Below are positions 42,201 to 54,275 of a stretch of DNA of 64,000 bases, piece by piece (position 1 is the first letter of the stretch; every line of letters begins with the position of its first letter). Both the position numbers and the translations under genes were made by a program. Under the pieces are notes generated by a model that made no database searches, was not told where the DNA came from, and saw nothing but the letters and a program-made list of their open reading frames with translations. The stretch lies in NCBI RefSeq assembly GCF_009914755.1, contig NC_060943.1; one strand, written 5' to 3'. Source of the DNA: the human T2T-CHM13v2.0 reference genome, Homo sapiens.

Positions 42201-42759
42201 CTTGTGCTGGCCTGCCTGCTGGCCGCAGTGAAAGGGTGCTATGACCTGTCCCTCAGTCCTCATAGGCTTTGGCACTGTTTGTAGGTCTGGAATCTGCCAC
42301 GAGTTTCTCTGCTCCTCTGGCTCCCCTATGCCGTTTGTCAACCAGTGCATCCACATTCACTCCATTCCCTTCTGGGGCCGGGCAGGGGAAATGCCAAGGG
42401 CAGGGGCAGTGAGGGTCCCTCCTGCACAGCAGCTCACAGTGACACAGGCACAGTGGTCCCTGCTCAGCCAGAACCAGGTGATCTGAGCAACCCCGTGCCA
42501 TCCAAAACCACCAGGAGAGAACACCCATTTGTGGGCAGCTCCACTCCCTTGTTTCTGCCAGGGAGGGCATTGGGCACAGCTCAGCCCTGACTTTGAGAAA
42601 GTGTGAACTTAAAAAACAGCTACTCTCTAGGGAAGAGAGGGTCATTCTTTTTACAAAAGTTTTATCTGCAGAATATAAGTGACAGAGTGGGCCGGAGAGC
42701 ACCAGGGGCTACAGCTGGTAACTTGCTGGGTTGGGCAGGCAAGAGAGGTTGAATCGGGG

Positions 42760-42968
42760 CATTCTTCATCCATTCATTCTCTCATTCGTTCATTTATTCA
42801 TTGAACAATATTGACTGAGCAACTCATATATCTCAGGCACTTTCTATTAGGTTGGTGCAAAAGTAATTGCGGGTGATTGCAAAAGTAATTGCACCAACAT
42901 AATGGATTTGGAAGGCAGGATACATCAGTAAATAAAGCAACCCAATCCTCATTCTCCAGGAAGTATCC
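42760..42968 (-). mobile_element. L2 3' end interrupted by MADE1
   Basis: (CATT)n-like tail, then AACAATATTGACTGAGCAACT..CAGGCACT; after MADE1, GGATACATCAGTAAATAAA. Confidence 0.65.
42847..42902. mobile_element. MADE1 MITE, internally deleted and rearranged (56 bp)
   Basis: TA|TTAGGTTGGTGCAAAAGTAATTGCGG...TTGCACCAACATAA|TG. Confidence 0.88.
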
Positions 42969-42969
42969 C

Positions 42970-42995
42970 GTGTGTGTGTGTGTGTGTGTGTGTGT
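42970..42995. repeat. (GT)13 microsatellite
   Basis: Direct reading. Confidence 0.95.
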
Positions 42996-44888
42996 TTGTG
43001 TACCTGCGTGTGTGCACATGTCCTGCATTTGCATGGCTGTGTGTGCCTGGGCATGCAAGAGCATGAATTTCCTGGAAGAGAAAGGAGACCCCGGGCAGGA
43101 ACAAGAGCAGGGCTGGGCCTCCGTTTCAGCCCTGGCCCGCAGACCCTGCCAGCAGCTTCTGCTGAGAGAGGAGCTTTGAAAAATCCTCTGTTCTCCAGAA
43201 AGCCCTCCTTGGCACAGCCGACCTCCCTTCTGCCTGCTCTTCCTATCTTAGGGGCTGCGACTGCTACCCAGGCTCAGTCTGGGTCACTGTCAGGACTTGC
43301 TACTGGGCCAAGGTCAGCAGAAACACCCACCCAGGGCTTTAGGTGAGGCCAGGCTGGTGCCACGGGGAGGCTCCCTTTTATTGCTCTCCCAGCCACTTGC
43401 TGAAAAATTAATTTGCACGTGAATCACATTTATTGAGACCTTCTGGATCAGATAACAGATGCAGACCAGCCTGTTCTGCAAGGCCATCCAGAGAAGAAAT
43501 CCTAAAAAATTCAGTGGACAAAGGGATGTCTGCTGGCCGAGGCTCGCTCCTAGATCAAGCCCCTCCCTCGAGGTGTGCTTGTGTGTATTTGGAAGGCTCC
43601 CCTGGCATCAGAGGCTCCAGGCTCCATCCTGCAAGGGCTCCTGGAGCGGAGGCTGGGCCGTGCAGCCGGGCACTCCCGACCGGCTCTCTGGATTGGTTCT
43701 CCTGTAGCCCCTCGGAAGCAACCAGGAGCCGGCCCTCCCCTCCCTGGCCATCTGCTTGAAGCATCTGGTGATCAGGTGCAAGCCCCACACCGGAGCATTC
43801 AAGCTGAAATGTGCAGTCACCTTGCCACCCACACTCGCTTTTGTTACGCAGCCAGGCTGCCCCTCTTTGTGTCGGGGAGAACAGTTTGGGGATGGAAATC
43901 CGACTGCTGGCACTGGGAATTCACCATGGCTGAGCCGAGATCCTGCAGGCCGAGAGGCTGGCCCAGTCTCCAGACCCGGCTGTCCCCTCCCACCAGGGTC
44001 CATGGACATGTCTCCAGCAAACGGGTTGGCTTTCCAGAGCAGGGAGAAGATTGCTCACGAATGTCTTCTTTACCCCTCTGGGTCCAGCAGGTCTCAGATA
44101 TTTGGATCCTGCCGTAAAGGAGAAATGCTTGTCAGTTTTATGCCTCCACCATTACTTAGGAAGGAAAGGGTGGGTTACTCCCAGTGCTACTGCTGGCCTG
44201 GACTGCTGGCCTAGAGTGATCGATGGCTCTTCAAGGGGTGATTCCCTGGGTTACCAGTGACGGGGGATTGGGAGAAGGCTCAGGACCTACTCCTGAGGCC
44301 GACTGCTTCTGCGCTAACCCAAGCATCTTGGAGGGCAACGTGGGTGTCTGTATTGTTGAAAACATTCTGTTCTTCAGCTTTAATAAGCACCCATCAGAGA
44401 GCACTCGAGGATTAATATGGGGGAGTTTTCATCACCAGAGAGTCCATTTCATTTTCTGAGCCACTGACGACTCAGCTGAGAGCTGCGGACTCACTGCACC
44501 AAGAGGTGCTTTTGTTTGATTTTCAGTCTTATAAAACACGGCCCCTCTTGCCACCTCCCCAAACCACTATAGGCCTGTCCTCACAGCTGCCAGAGCCCAT
44601 AGGCGTTACATTTAGCGTTCTTCTCCTGGTGGGGGTTCAAGGTAAAGATCTCACAGAGGACAGAATGGGACCGCATTTGAAACTATTAACTGTGAGTAAT
44701 AGTTCACTGGAAGAAGTCTCTTTGGGTTTGGGTTTTAGTAGCTCTGTGTGACCTTAAAGATGAAAGTGATGTCCTACTATGTGCTGGGGACGCATTTTCT
44801 GTTCTTTCTACAATAGCCATGGTCATTACTCTAGAATGTTGTTACATGAAGAAACACCAAGAAATGTGTCTGTAAAAACCAGAAGTCC

Positions 44889-45283
<395 letters not shown>

Positions 45284-45825
45284 CTACCTCTCCCAGTGTT
45301 AATTGTGACAAGCAGTTTGATGTTGCTTAAGTCACTGCTGGCTGAAATTAGTGAGAGATTTTATTCTTGAGAGACACAGAGAAATTAGAAAGAAGTCAAA
45401 ATCCCTGACTGACTCCATTAGTTCATCTCAATCCCAAGTTATCTTCTTTAAATGATCTGGAAGATTGAATTCATGGGTATGGACAATTAAAGGGTGGAGA
45501 GAGGAGGAAGAGGGCTGTGGATTACAGATTCTAGATGGTCCATGACATGCCTGCTTGTGAGAGTTCTACCAGCCAAGCCCTTTTCAATAAGATGATCAAA
45601 GAGGAAGAACTTATCTTTTAAATTTTTGGAAACTCTCAGCATTCTATAATTGATCCACTTCCTTAGTGGAAAAATAGAACAGCCAAAAGTCTTCAATCTT
45701 AGATACTGGAATGAAAGCTAAGGTTGTTCACAGGTATAGAAGAAGCTGATTGTGGTATCAGATGGAATCTAGCTGTCAAACGCTTCCACAGGAATAGATA
45801 GCTCAGGATGTCGATATTCAATTGT

Positions 45826-46258
45826 ATTTATTCTTATTTTTATTGTGTATTGACAAATTCTAGTTTTATATAATTATGAGGTACAAAGAGGAGTTATGGT
45901 TTTAAATACGACGTGGGAAGATTGAATTAATCTGATTAACATATCCCATCACCTCAAATATTTAACTTTTTTTATAAGAATATTACAAATTTACTCTCTG
46001 GTAATATTGAAATGTAACAAACTCAACTGTTAGCTATATTTGCCATGTAATGCAATTGATCTAAACAAAAATTCAAATGTGTTCCTCCTATTGAACTGAG
46101 GCTTCAACTTCTGGTAACCACCATTCTGCTCTCTGCTTCTATGAGATCAATTGCTTCAGAGTCCACATTTAAGTGAGAACACCCAGTATTTGTCTTTCTG
46201 TGTTTGGCATATATCACTTCATATAATGTTCCCCAATTCCATCCAGATTGTCACAAAT
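45826..46258 (-). mobile_element. L1MA (MA6/MA7-like) 3' end
   Basis: ATTAACATATCCCATCACCTCAAATA..CTGGTAACCACCATTCTGCTCTCTGCTTCTATGAG..CCACATTTAAGTGAGAAC. Confidence 0.85.
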
Positions 46259-46271
46259 TATATTAGATTTT

Positions 46272-46434
46272 ATTTTTATTTGATTTTTAAATTTTTTAAA
46301 TTTTTTAATTTTTTTGTAGAGATGGGGTCTCACTATGTTGCCTAGGCTGGTCTTGAACTCCTAGGCTCATTCAATTCTCCTGCCTCGGCCTCCCAAAATG
46401 CAGGGGTTACAGGCATGAGCCATTACACCTGGCC
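46272..46434 (-). mobile_element. FLAM_C / free left Alu monomer
   Basis: Left monomer only, with its own tail; TSD ATATTAGATTTT (46260-46271 and 46436-46447). Confidence 0.88.
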
Positions 46435-47630
46435 AATATTAGATTTTAAACACCCCCTAAGGATCTTTAATTTTAAAGATGTCATCTTTTTCTTTTCTTC
46501 TTTTAATCAGCACATCAGTGTAACATGTGGTGCTATTTCCCTCATGAAACATTGCCTGTACTAAGCATGTGCCTGAAGTGACACTGCCCCTGCCCCCACC
46601 TCCGTCGTACCCCTTCCCAGGAGCTCAGGCTGCAGGAAGGTCGTTTCCATTGCATCCCTGTGCTAGCTGGGCAGACCATCCCTACTGGCATTAAAGACCC
46701 AAATGTCTTTCTCTCCCGCCTCTTGGTGGAGCATGAAGACAAGGTCCCATTGGCTTAAGGCGCGGTGCTGGCTTTCTCCGATTGTTGTGCCGTAAGTTAG
46801 CAGGATAAGTTTGACAGTAATTTAATTTTCATTGACAAATGCTGTCATAATATTGAGAACAAAGTGATATATTGTATCAACAATAGTGGTCGACGCTCAG
46901 CCAGTCATATGGACTGGGCGAGCACCATATGGTTCTTCTAAGCTCGACTTGGAAAGCTCTGGCTAAGAACTTGACAAGCTTAAGATACCAGTCAGGAAAA
47001 ATGATTACCCTTGAGAAGTTCCTGCCATGCCTCCAGTCTCTGAATTTCCTAGAAAAAAGGAGGGAGTGCTTCCTGGGTACCAGCCAGGGTCCACCATACC
47101 CCTGGTCGGAGCAGTCCCTCAAGGGCACCTCTGCTGACAGCCGGCATAATCGAAAGTCCTGAGATGATAAAACACCATTGATTTCCTGTTGGTTTGTGTT
47201 TGTTCCTGGCTGTGGTCCTCTCCACTTAATGCCGGTGAATGTTGCATCCACGCGTGTGAATGAGGCCAGGACTGAAGTCTGGCCCACGTTACAAACTCAC
47301 ACAATCCAACCAGAAAGGGGACGGGATTTTCATTTCGGGAGTGCGGCTCGTTATGGCTGCATCTCCAGACCCCCTTCTGAGCCAAGCAGAGCCAGAGCCA
47401 TGAGTAGATTACGTGTCAGTCTTTGTGTGCCTGGGTACGTGTGTGTCTGACTAAACTCTTAGCCAAAATCTCAGCTAGATGATTTGACCAAAAGTGTCAC
47501 CACTGTCAAAAGCAGTCTCCATTTGTTCTGCTTTTCTAACACTCAGCTTATTTTAATTCTGGTTACTGTACATAGAAAAAACAACCGATGAGCAAAGTTA
47601 CAAACAGGCTGGGAGAGAAGAAAGCTGGGG

Positions 47631-47654
47631 GTGTGTGTGTGTGTGTGTGTGTGT
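47631..47654. repeat. (GT)12 microsatellite
   Basis: Direct reading. Confidence 0.95.
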
Positions 47655-50600
47655 ATGCGTGTGCCCCACACGCGCATGTTTAGGGACACACCATATCCCC
47701 ATGCACATTCGGCTGGTGTCCTTGTCTGGTTTGCCAAACGTTCAGGCACTTTCCATTCTCTGAAGGATTCCCATCCCAAACAACGCTAAGTAAAGAAACA
47801 GGCATATGGCGTGGATTGGAGATGGTGCAGTGTTGGCACAGCCCTTCTGCTGTGGTGAACAGGTATCTGGAAAAGATGACAGTCCAATTCTGCTCTTTTT
47901 GGAGTTTATCATTTATTTGGATTTTGTGGTTGTTGCTTTGTGTTTATTATTAACTTAACAAAGAGAGGGAGAGTGTGCAATTCACAGAACTGGGCACTGG
48001 TACAACTGCTCTCCAAGATGGCTCCCTGCCTGAGCCAGGGCTGTCCTTCTTGCAAGGCACTCTCTTGTCCCACCCTGTGCGGATCCTCGGCTCCCAGGCA
48101 CTCTGGCCAGGAGCAAGGGCTGCCTGCAAGGTGCAGGGGGAGCATCTAAGTGCAGAAGGTTCTCTGGAGGCCCCAAGAGCTCCTGGGTGTGGCTGGGGGT
48201 GTCCTTGGTCTTGAAAGAGAGTGTTGACTTCAAAAAGCAGGGCAGATTGGAGGAGCAGCTGCCCTCCTTGTGGATGGCATCCGTTGGTGGCTGTGTAAAG
48301 AGGAGTTCCGGACTGCCTCCCATTACCATTTCATTACGCGACAGCAGACCCATACACAGATCCATACGCTGCCTCTTGGATGGGGTTTCCAAACACAGCA
48401 GGACACTGCGGAGAGCGCTTACCTCCTCTCCTGCCTGCTGGAAACCCAGCTCCCTGCCATGTGGCGCTTTCTGAGCTGTGGCTGCAGGCTCTCCCCGGGT
48501 ACTCCAGCTGATGGGTGCCCCCAGAGGATGAGTGGGCCGCCGGAGAGCTGTGCAAGGTGCCAGTGGCTGCAACGTTTTCCAGAAGGGTCTCTGGAGAGAA
48601 TGTTCAGGAAAACACCCAGCCAAAGGATGTTTTCTCTCCCAGGTACCTCTGGGCTTTGGAATCTTGCTTGGTGGGGCCCGGGTGTGGCGTGTCATCCCTT
48701 CACAATGGTGGTCAGCCATGAGACATGGTGACCACCTAACAGGAGCTGGCTTTTCTTATCTAGGCTGGACTCACCAGCATTTTAATGATGAGGGAAATGA
48801 GATAACCAGGTCCTACGCAGACAGGAAAAGTGAGAGGGTCATTGGCCCTATCTGCTGATTCCAGGATGGGTGATCATCTCCCCCATGGCAATGTGGGGGA
48901 AGGGATTGGGGACCGGATGCGTGTCCTGGCTCCACTGTGGCTGAGCAAAGATTCCCATCCTCATGAGGCCCTTGTCTCTTCATGGATAAAAGAAAAATAT
49001 TGCTTGTGAAAAAATGATGATTTCCCATGTTCTTCAAGTAAGAGGCTCCCTCCTTCCTTCCTGGGGATTTATCATCTTTATGTTTAAAGAGAAAAGTCCA
49101 CAGGGTGGAAGCACAGAAAGTTATTCTTTCTGTCTGTTTAAACCCATTTTGCGATGTTGGATTTCCCCCACCCATTTCGGGTGAGATCTAGGCAAGGTCC
49201 CACAATATTTTTGGACACTCTGGAATAACGCAGGGTCTTTATGTGCCTTTGAGTCATAAAAGAACCTCATTTTGGTCATGGAAGCACATGTTTCAATGTC
49301 ATACTCCTAACTCCAAGCTTCATGTAGAGTGGGATCATTTTCTGGACCTGGCTGCAGCCTGTTGCGGGCCTGGGGACGGGGGCAGGCCGTGTCTTCTCTG
49401 GTCCCTGGCCTCATGTTTTCCTTTCTCCTGTGCGTTCTGGCTACCCTGGTTTCGAACAGAGTCCGCAGAAGAAGTCAGGGCTGGAAACACAGCCATGACA
49501 GTCATTTTTCTCCTGGGCTGGATCCTTTCTGGAGTTCTTTGGGCTCTCCCACATCTCTAGGATTCTGTCACCTACAGTTTGGGCATGTTGCCTCTGGCTG
49601 GCTGCTGGCTGCTAGCCCTTCAGCAGTGAACATCCAGTGTCTTCCTGGTGAGTTGTTTCATCCTTTTAGGCAGCCTCTTGGGCAAAGTCCTTGACAGCAT
49701 TTTTATGCAGAGGGTCCTTCCATACTGACCCACATCTGGACCTTGGGAAATATTCTTCATGTCTTCCAGCAAACTGAAACTGGAACCTTTCCCCATACAG
49801 GCCTCTTTTCAACCCACCCTAAGAACAGTCTCTAGCCTTTCCACTTTGGCATAGCTGGGTATCATGTCCTACTGACACCAAGGGACATGGAACAGGTTCT
49901 CTTTGAGAGTCCATCAACTGGGATTGAAGTGAAGGAAGCAACTTCTGTCCATCCCCTGTGGAAGGAGGGCTGGTAATAACATCACACCCACCAACTCTTT
50001 CCAAAGAACTCTTCTATTTTGCAACTCTCTGCCTTTTCAAATTATACCCTTCTATAGACTCAAATTGGGTCTTGGCATGAGGTTGAGGACACTTGTTGGC
50101 CAGTCTTCATTCTCAATTTGGATAAAGCAAGCATTCATCCTTTACGCTTTGTGGTCAGACTTTTGGAGTTTCCATCTAAAGAGTAACAAAAGCACATATT
50201 TTAACATCCTTCTACCCTTGATGATCACATAGCTCTTCTTCCAATCCAAACCCAAATCTTTTTCTAGAGCATCACCCCTTTTTTCTCTTTTGAGATACTT
50301 GGCGAGAGTAGAGTTTATTAGTTTTGCACTTACAATAGCCCTTCTGGTACATAAACATTGATTGAGCTAGTTGCTTCTCACCTTGCTTTTCTGAGAAAGA
50401 CTGTGTCTTTTTTTTATAGCAAGGGTTAGACAAAGGCAGCAAGGTATTTCGAGGGTTTTTTTGCAAAGCTGGTGTTATGTAGACAAAATAGATTGCCTCT
50501 GTACTTTGTCTTTTGCTCTGCTGTTGGATGTTTGGGACATCACAGCACAACCCAAACATCCTTGTGGCTTACTCATGGACCACCCAGAAGTAGTCGATGC

Positions 50601-50838
50601 AAGCCCTGAAAACTCTTTCCTGAATGTTCCAGTCTGCATCAAACAACCTGGTATCAGCTCCAGATCTGTTGTGTTGACACTGCTTCTGGTCTCTGGGAAA
50701 CACTAAGGTCAAACTTGATGAAAGGGCAGAAAGCCAGGCCAGGGTGGCTGGTCTTTCTCAACCCAGACCTCTGATCCATTTTAGCATGTCTCTTCCATCA
50801 GTCGTAAGGACTTTTAAGGTCTTAACATCTCACACTGC

Positions 50839-51259
50839 TGTGTTAGTCTGTTCTAGATTTGCTATAAGTACCTAAGACTGGGTAATTTATAATGAAAAGA
50901 GTTTGAATTGGCTCACAGTCCTGTAGGCTGTACAGGAAGCATGATGTTGCATCTGCTCAGCTTCTGGGGAGGCCTCAGGAAACTTACAGTCATGGTGGAA
51001 GGTGAAGTGGGAGCCAGCACTTCACATGGCCTGAGCAGGAGGAAGCGTGAGAGGGGGGAAGTGTTATACACTTTTAAACAACCAGATCTCAGGATAACTT
51101 ACTCACTGTCACAAAAACATTACCGAGGCAGGTAGTGCTAAAAACCATTCAAGAGAAATCTTCCCCCATGATCCAGTGACTTCCCACCAGGCCCCACCTC
51201 CAACATTTTACAATTCTCTACATCAGATTTGGGTGGGGACAGAGACCCAAACCATATCA
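50839..51259 (-). mobile_element. MSTA-like MaLR solo LTR
   Basis: TGTGTTAGTCTGTTCT...GGCTGTACAGGAAGCATG..GATTTGGGTGGGGACAGAGACCCAAACCATATCA; TSD ACTGC/ACTGT. Confidence 0.9.
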
Positions 51260-51762
51260 ACTGTTTAGTCTTCTGACTCACTGGGGAGAATTTGTCTGGG
51301 CTTCTGAGGGGATTGTAAGGTAGTCATGGGCCAGATTAGGACAAGAGCAAAACTTTATATATCTTTGCAGTCAAGAACAGGACACATTGCTGTATTATGC
51401 AAATGGAATCTTCTTCCAGCTAACTCTTTCTTGAAGTATTTCAAAACTGTCTAGCTCTGAATTTCAGATATTGTACTCTTAGTCTCACAATTTCCAGTTG
51501 ATTTCTTTTGGCGATTCCCATTTTCTACCTAAACTCCTTATCTTGTCATCTATTTTCTTAAATATATCAGGTATAGTTATTCTAAAGTCTGTAACTCTAG
51601 AACTCAATATTTGTATCTTTGGTAGGCCTGATTACATTAGCTGTTGCCTGATTTTCTGTCTTTGTTTTTACTCATTTGGTCGTATTTCCTGGTGTTCCTG
51701 GTAATTTTTATCAAATGTCAGACATGGCGTATACAAATTTTAGAGATGCCTTTTGACTGTAT

Positions 51763-52085
51763 GAGAACTGCCAAATAGGAATGTAATGTGAACCACCCAC
51801 GTCATTTAAATTTTGTAGTAGCAACATTAAATAAGCATGAATACATAGTTAACTATTTTTAAGAACCTATTTTGTTGTATTTAACCTGGTGTACCCGAAG
51901 TATTATCATTTGAGCAGGTAACCAATATAAAGAGTATTAATGGGACATTTTACGTGTCTTTTTTGTACTAAGTCTTGGAAATCCAGTGAGTGTTTTACCC
52001 TCATAGCACTTCTCAATTCTGACAAAGCCCCATCCCAAGTTCCCAGTAGCCACATGGCCGTCAGCTACCCTGGCAGGCAGCACAG
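51763..52085. mobile_element. MER33 (hAT-Charlie MITE)
   Basis: TTTAAATTTTGTAGTAGCAACATTAA..TACTAAGTCTTGGAAATCCAGTG..AGCACTTCTCAATT..TAGCCACATG..CAGCACAG is colinear with recalled MER33. Confidence 0.85.
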
Positions 52086-52525
52086 CTCTGGATGGTGTTA
52101 TCTTCCTCTAGGGAGGATTTACTTTTGTTTCCAGTAGGCCATTAGGCTTGCGGAAGATCACCATAAGTCAATCAGAAATTGAGCAGATTTTAAGGATTTA
52201 TTTCTTATCTGTTCTTACTCCTTCTTCTGCCCCTTTAGGGGTAACAAATAAGTGTGCGGGGTGCTTATCAGGAAACTTCTGCCTTACAAAGCCCTAGATT
52301 CTGGTGTTTATCTTCTTGGTCCCTTGGACTACGGATGTCTCTGCTTTGCTTCTCAGCATCTCGTTGGCTGCCATTTGTAAGTTCACAACTGTCTCAAGGG
52401 GAAAAGCAAAGTCAAAAGCAAGCCCAGCATTCTGTGCTCCTTCCTTTTTAGAATCTTGACCTGTCAAGTCTTGGCTCCTTTGATAACTCTATTACACCTT
52501 GAAATTATTTATATACTCACATACT

Positions 52526-52826
<301 letters not shown>

Positions 52827-53337
52827 TTATATAGACACAAATACGCACCACTGTTTTTTTCATGCAGCTTTTCTAGTTGTGCTCAATAAGACAGTTGATT
52901 TGTTACAGGCTCTTTTACTATAGCCAGAAGTAGAAGTAAAATAACGTCTTAAATAACTAAAACCAGATTTTCCTCCCCTGTTTGGCAATCAGCACTGTTT
53001 CAGCCTTTGAGAGAAAACTTATTTCTTTACTTCTGACTCAGCACACCAAAATCTCTGGGGAAGAAGATTATCTCCCCAGTTCTAAGGACTGGCAAATTGA
53101 GGTATCGTAAGATTGTGCCTCGCAAGAGTCAGGCCCAAGATCCTCCAGGCTTCTCCCTGCACCGTCTTACCAGCCTGCAAGGCAGGGAGGTTTGCTGACC
53201 TGGTGTTTGTACTGGTAGCTCCTGAATATCCCTCTGTGCAGGCACAGGCACTCCATATCCTATATGAAGTGGTAGCAGTGGCCATCATTCCAGGCAAGCT
53301 TACAGTTTCACAGAGATCAGAGGCACATTCAAAGGAC

Positions 53338-53450
53338 ATTCATTTCTTATGCAGCATTTACTAAGATGTTGTCTTATACCAGACCTGGGCTAGGGCCTCG
53401 TGTCAGCAGCAGAATGCCGTCATTCACAGCCCTGCTGTTGGGGAGCACGT
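53338..53450 (-). mobile_element. L2 3' fragment
   Basis: CATTCATTTC..AGCATTTACTAAG..TATACCAGACCTGGGCTAGG..ACAGCCCTGC. Confidence 0.5.
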
Positions 53451-53799
53451 CTCCTGGGGCACATCCTGGTTTGGTATGAAGGCCCTGTCTGGGACATAGA
53501 CACAGAATGCTGTGGACACATGAAAACCCTATGCAGCTGTACACATTCCCACCTGCGTAAGTCTCTAGTTCAGCTTCAGTACCGCTTAGTTATCTCTGGA
53601 TCAGCAGCTAAGGCCTTATAATATTTCAAGTATAAAATATTTAAATAAAACATTTTACCATGTTCGTGAGATAAAATCTTTAGCATTAATAGAAATTTTA
53701 CTTTTTCACAAAAAATGGAAGTTAACTGAAGCTTACTTTTAATATACTACATTTAACCCAATCTGTTTTACTTCTCAAAAAAGAAATCAACCTGTGTTT

Positions 53800-54275
53800 T
53801 CTTGAAAGAAAAGCAAATTCTATTTTTTTCTGTTCTGATTATCTAAAAAATAGAAAAAACTCCCAGACATTGCTTACTGCATGAAGAATGCCACAGTTTT
53901 AGTTTATCTCCTTTCAGCTTTCTTCCTGTGCCTAGCTTTTATGGAATTGTAATCTTGCTGTCATATGATTTCTGCATGTCATATACATGTAATATATATG
54001 TGTAGTATGAAATTTTTTCTCATGTTATTAAAACGTATATGTATAAATGTATGGCTACACTAAAATATCATTATATAGTTATTTACCCTATTGTTGAATA
54101 TGTCGACTGTTTCCAATGTTTTTATTATTACAAATATAATACAGGGAATGTCTTTGAACATAAAGGCAGCTCCTCTTATTCCATCTTCACCCTCGTGCTT
54201 TAGAGTATTTCTCTAGGGAAGACCACCAGAAATGGAATTACTGCATCAAAGCAATGAAATATTTATATCCTTTTT
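53800..54275 (-). mobile_element. L1ME-type 3' fragment
   Basis: CCCTATTGTTGAATAT..TGTTTCCAATGTTTTTATTATTACAAAT..CCAGAAATGGAATTACTGCATCAAAG. Confidence 0.6.

Noticed and set aside
47982-48719. 245-aa minus-strand ORF, and similar 130-190 aa ORFs at 35.6, 39.1 and 43.6 kb
   Set aside because: No recognisable domain; overlapping ORFs in several frames are typical of GC-rich or L2-derived DNA; no supporting exon structure.
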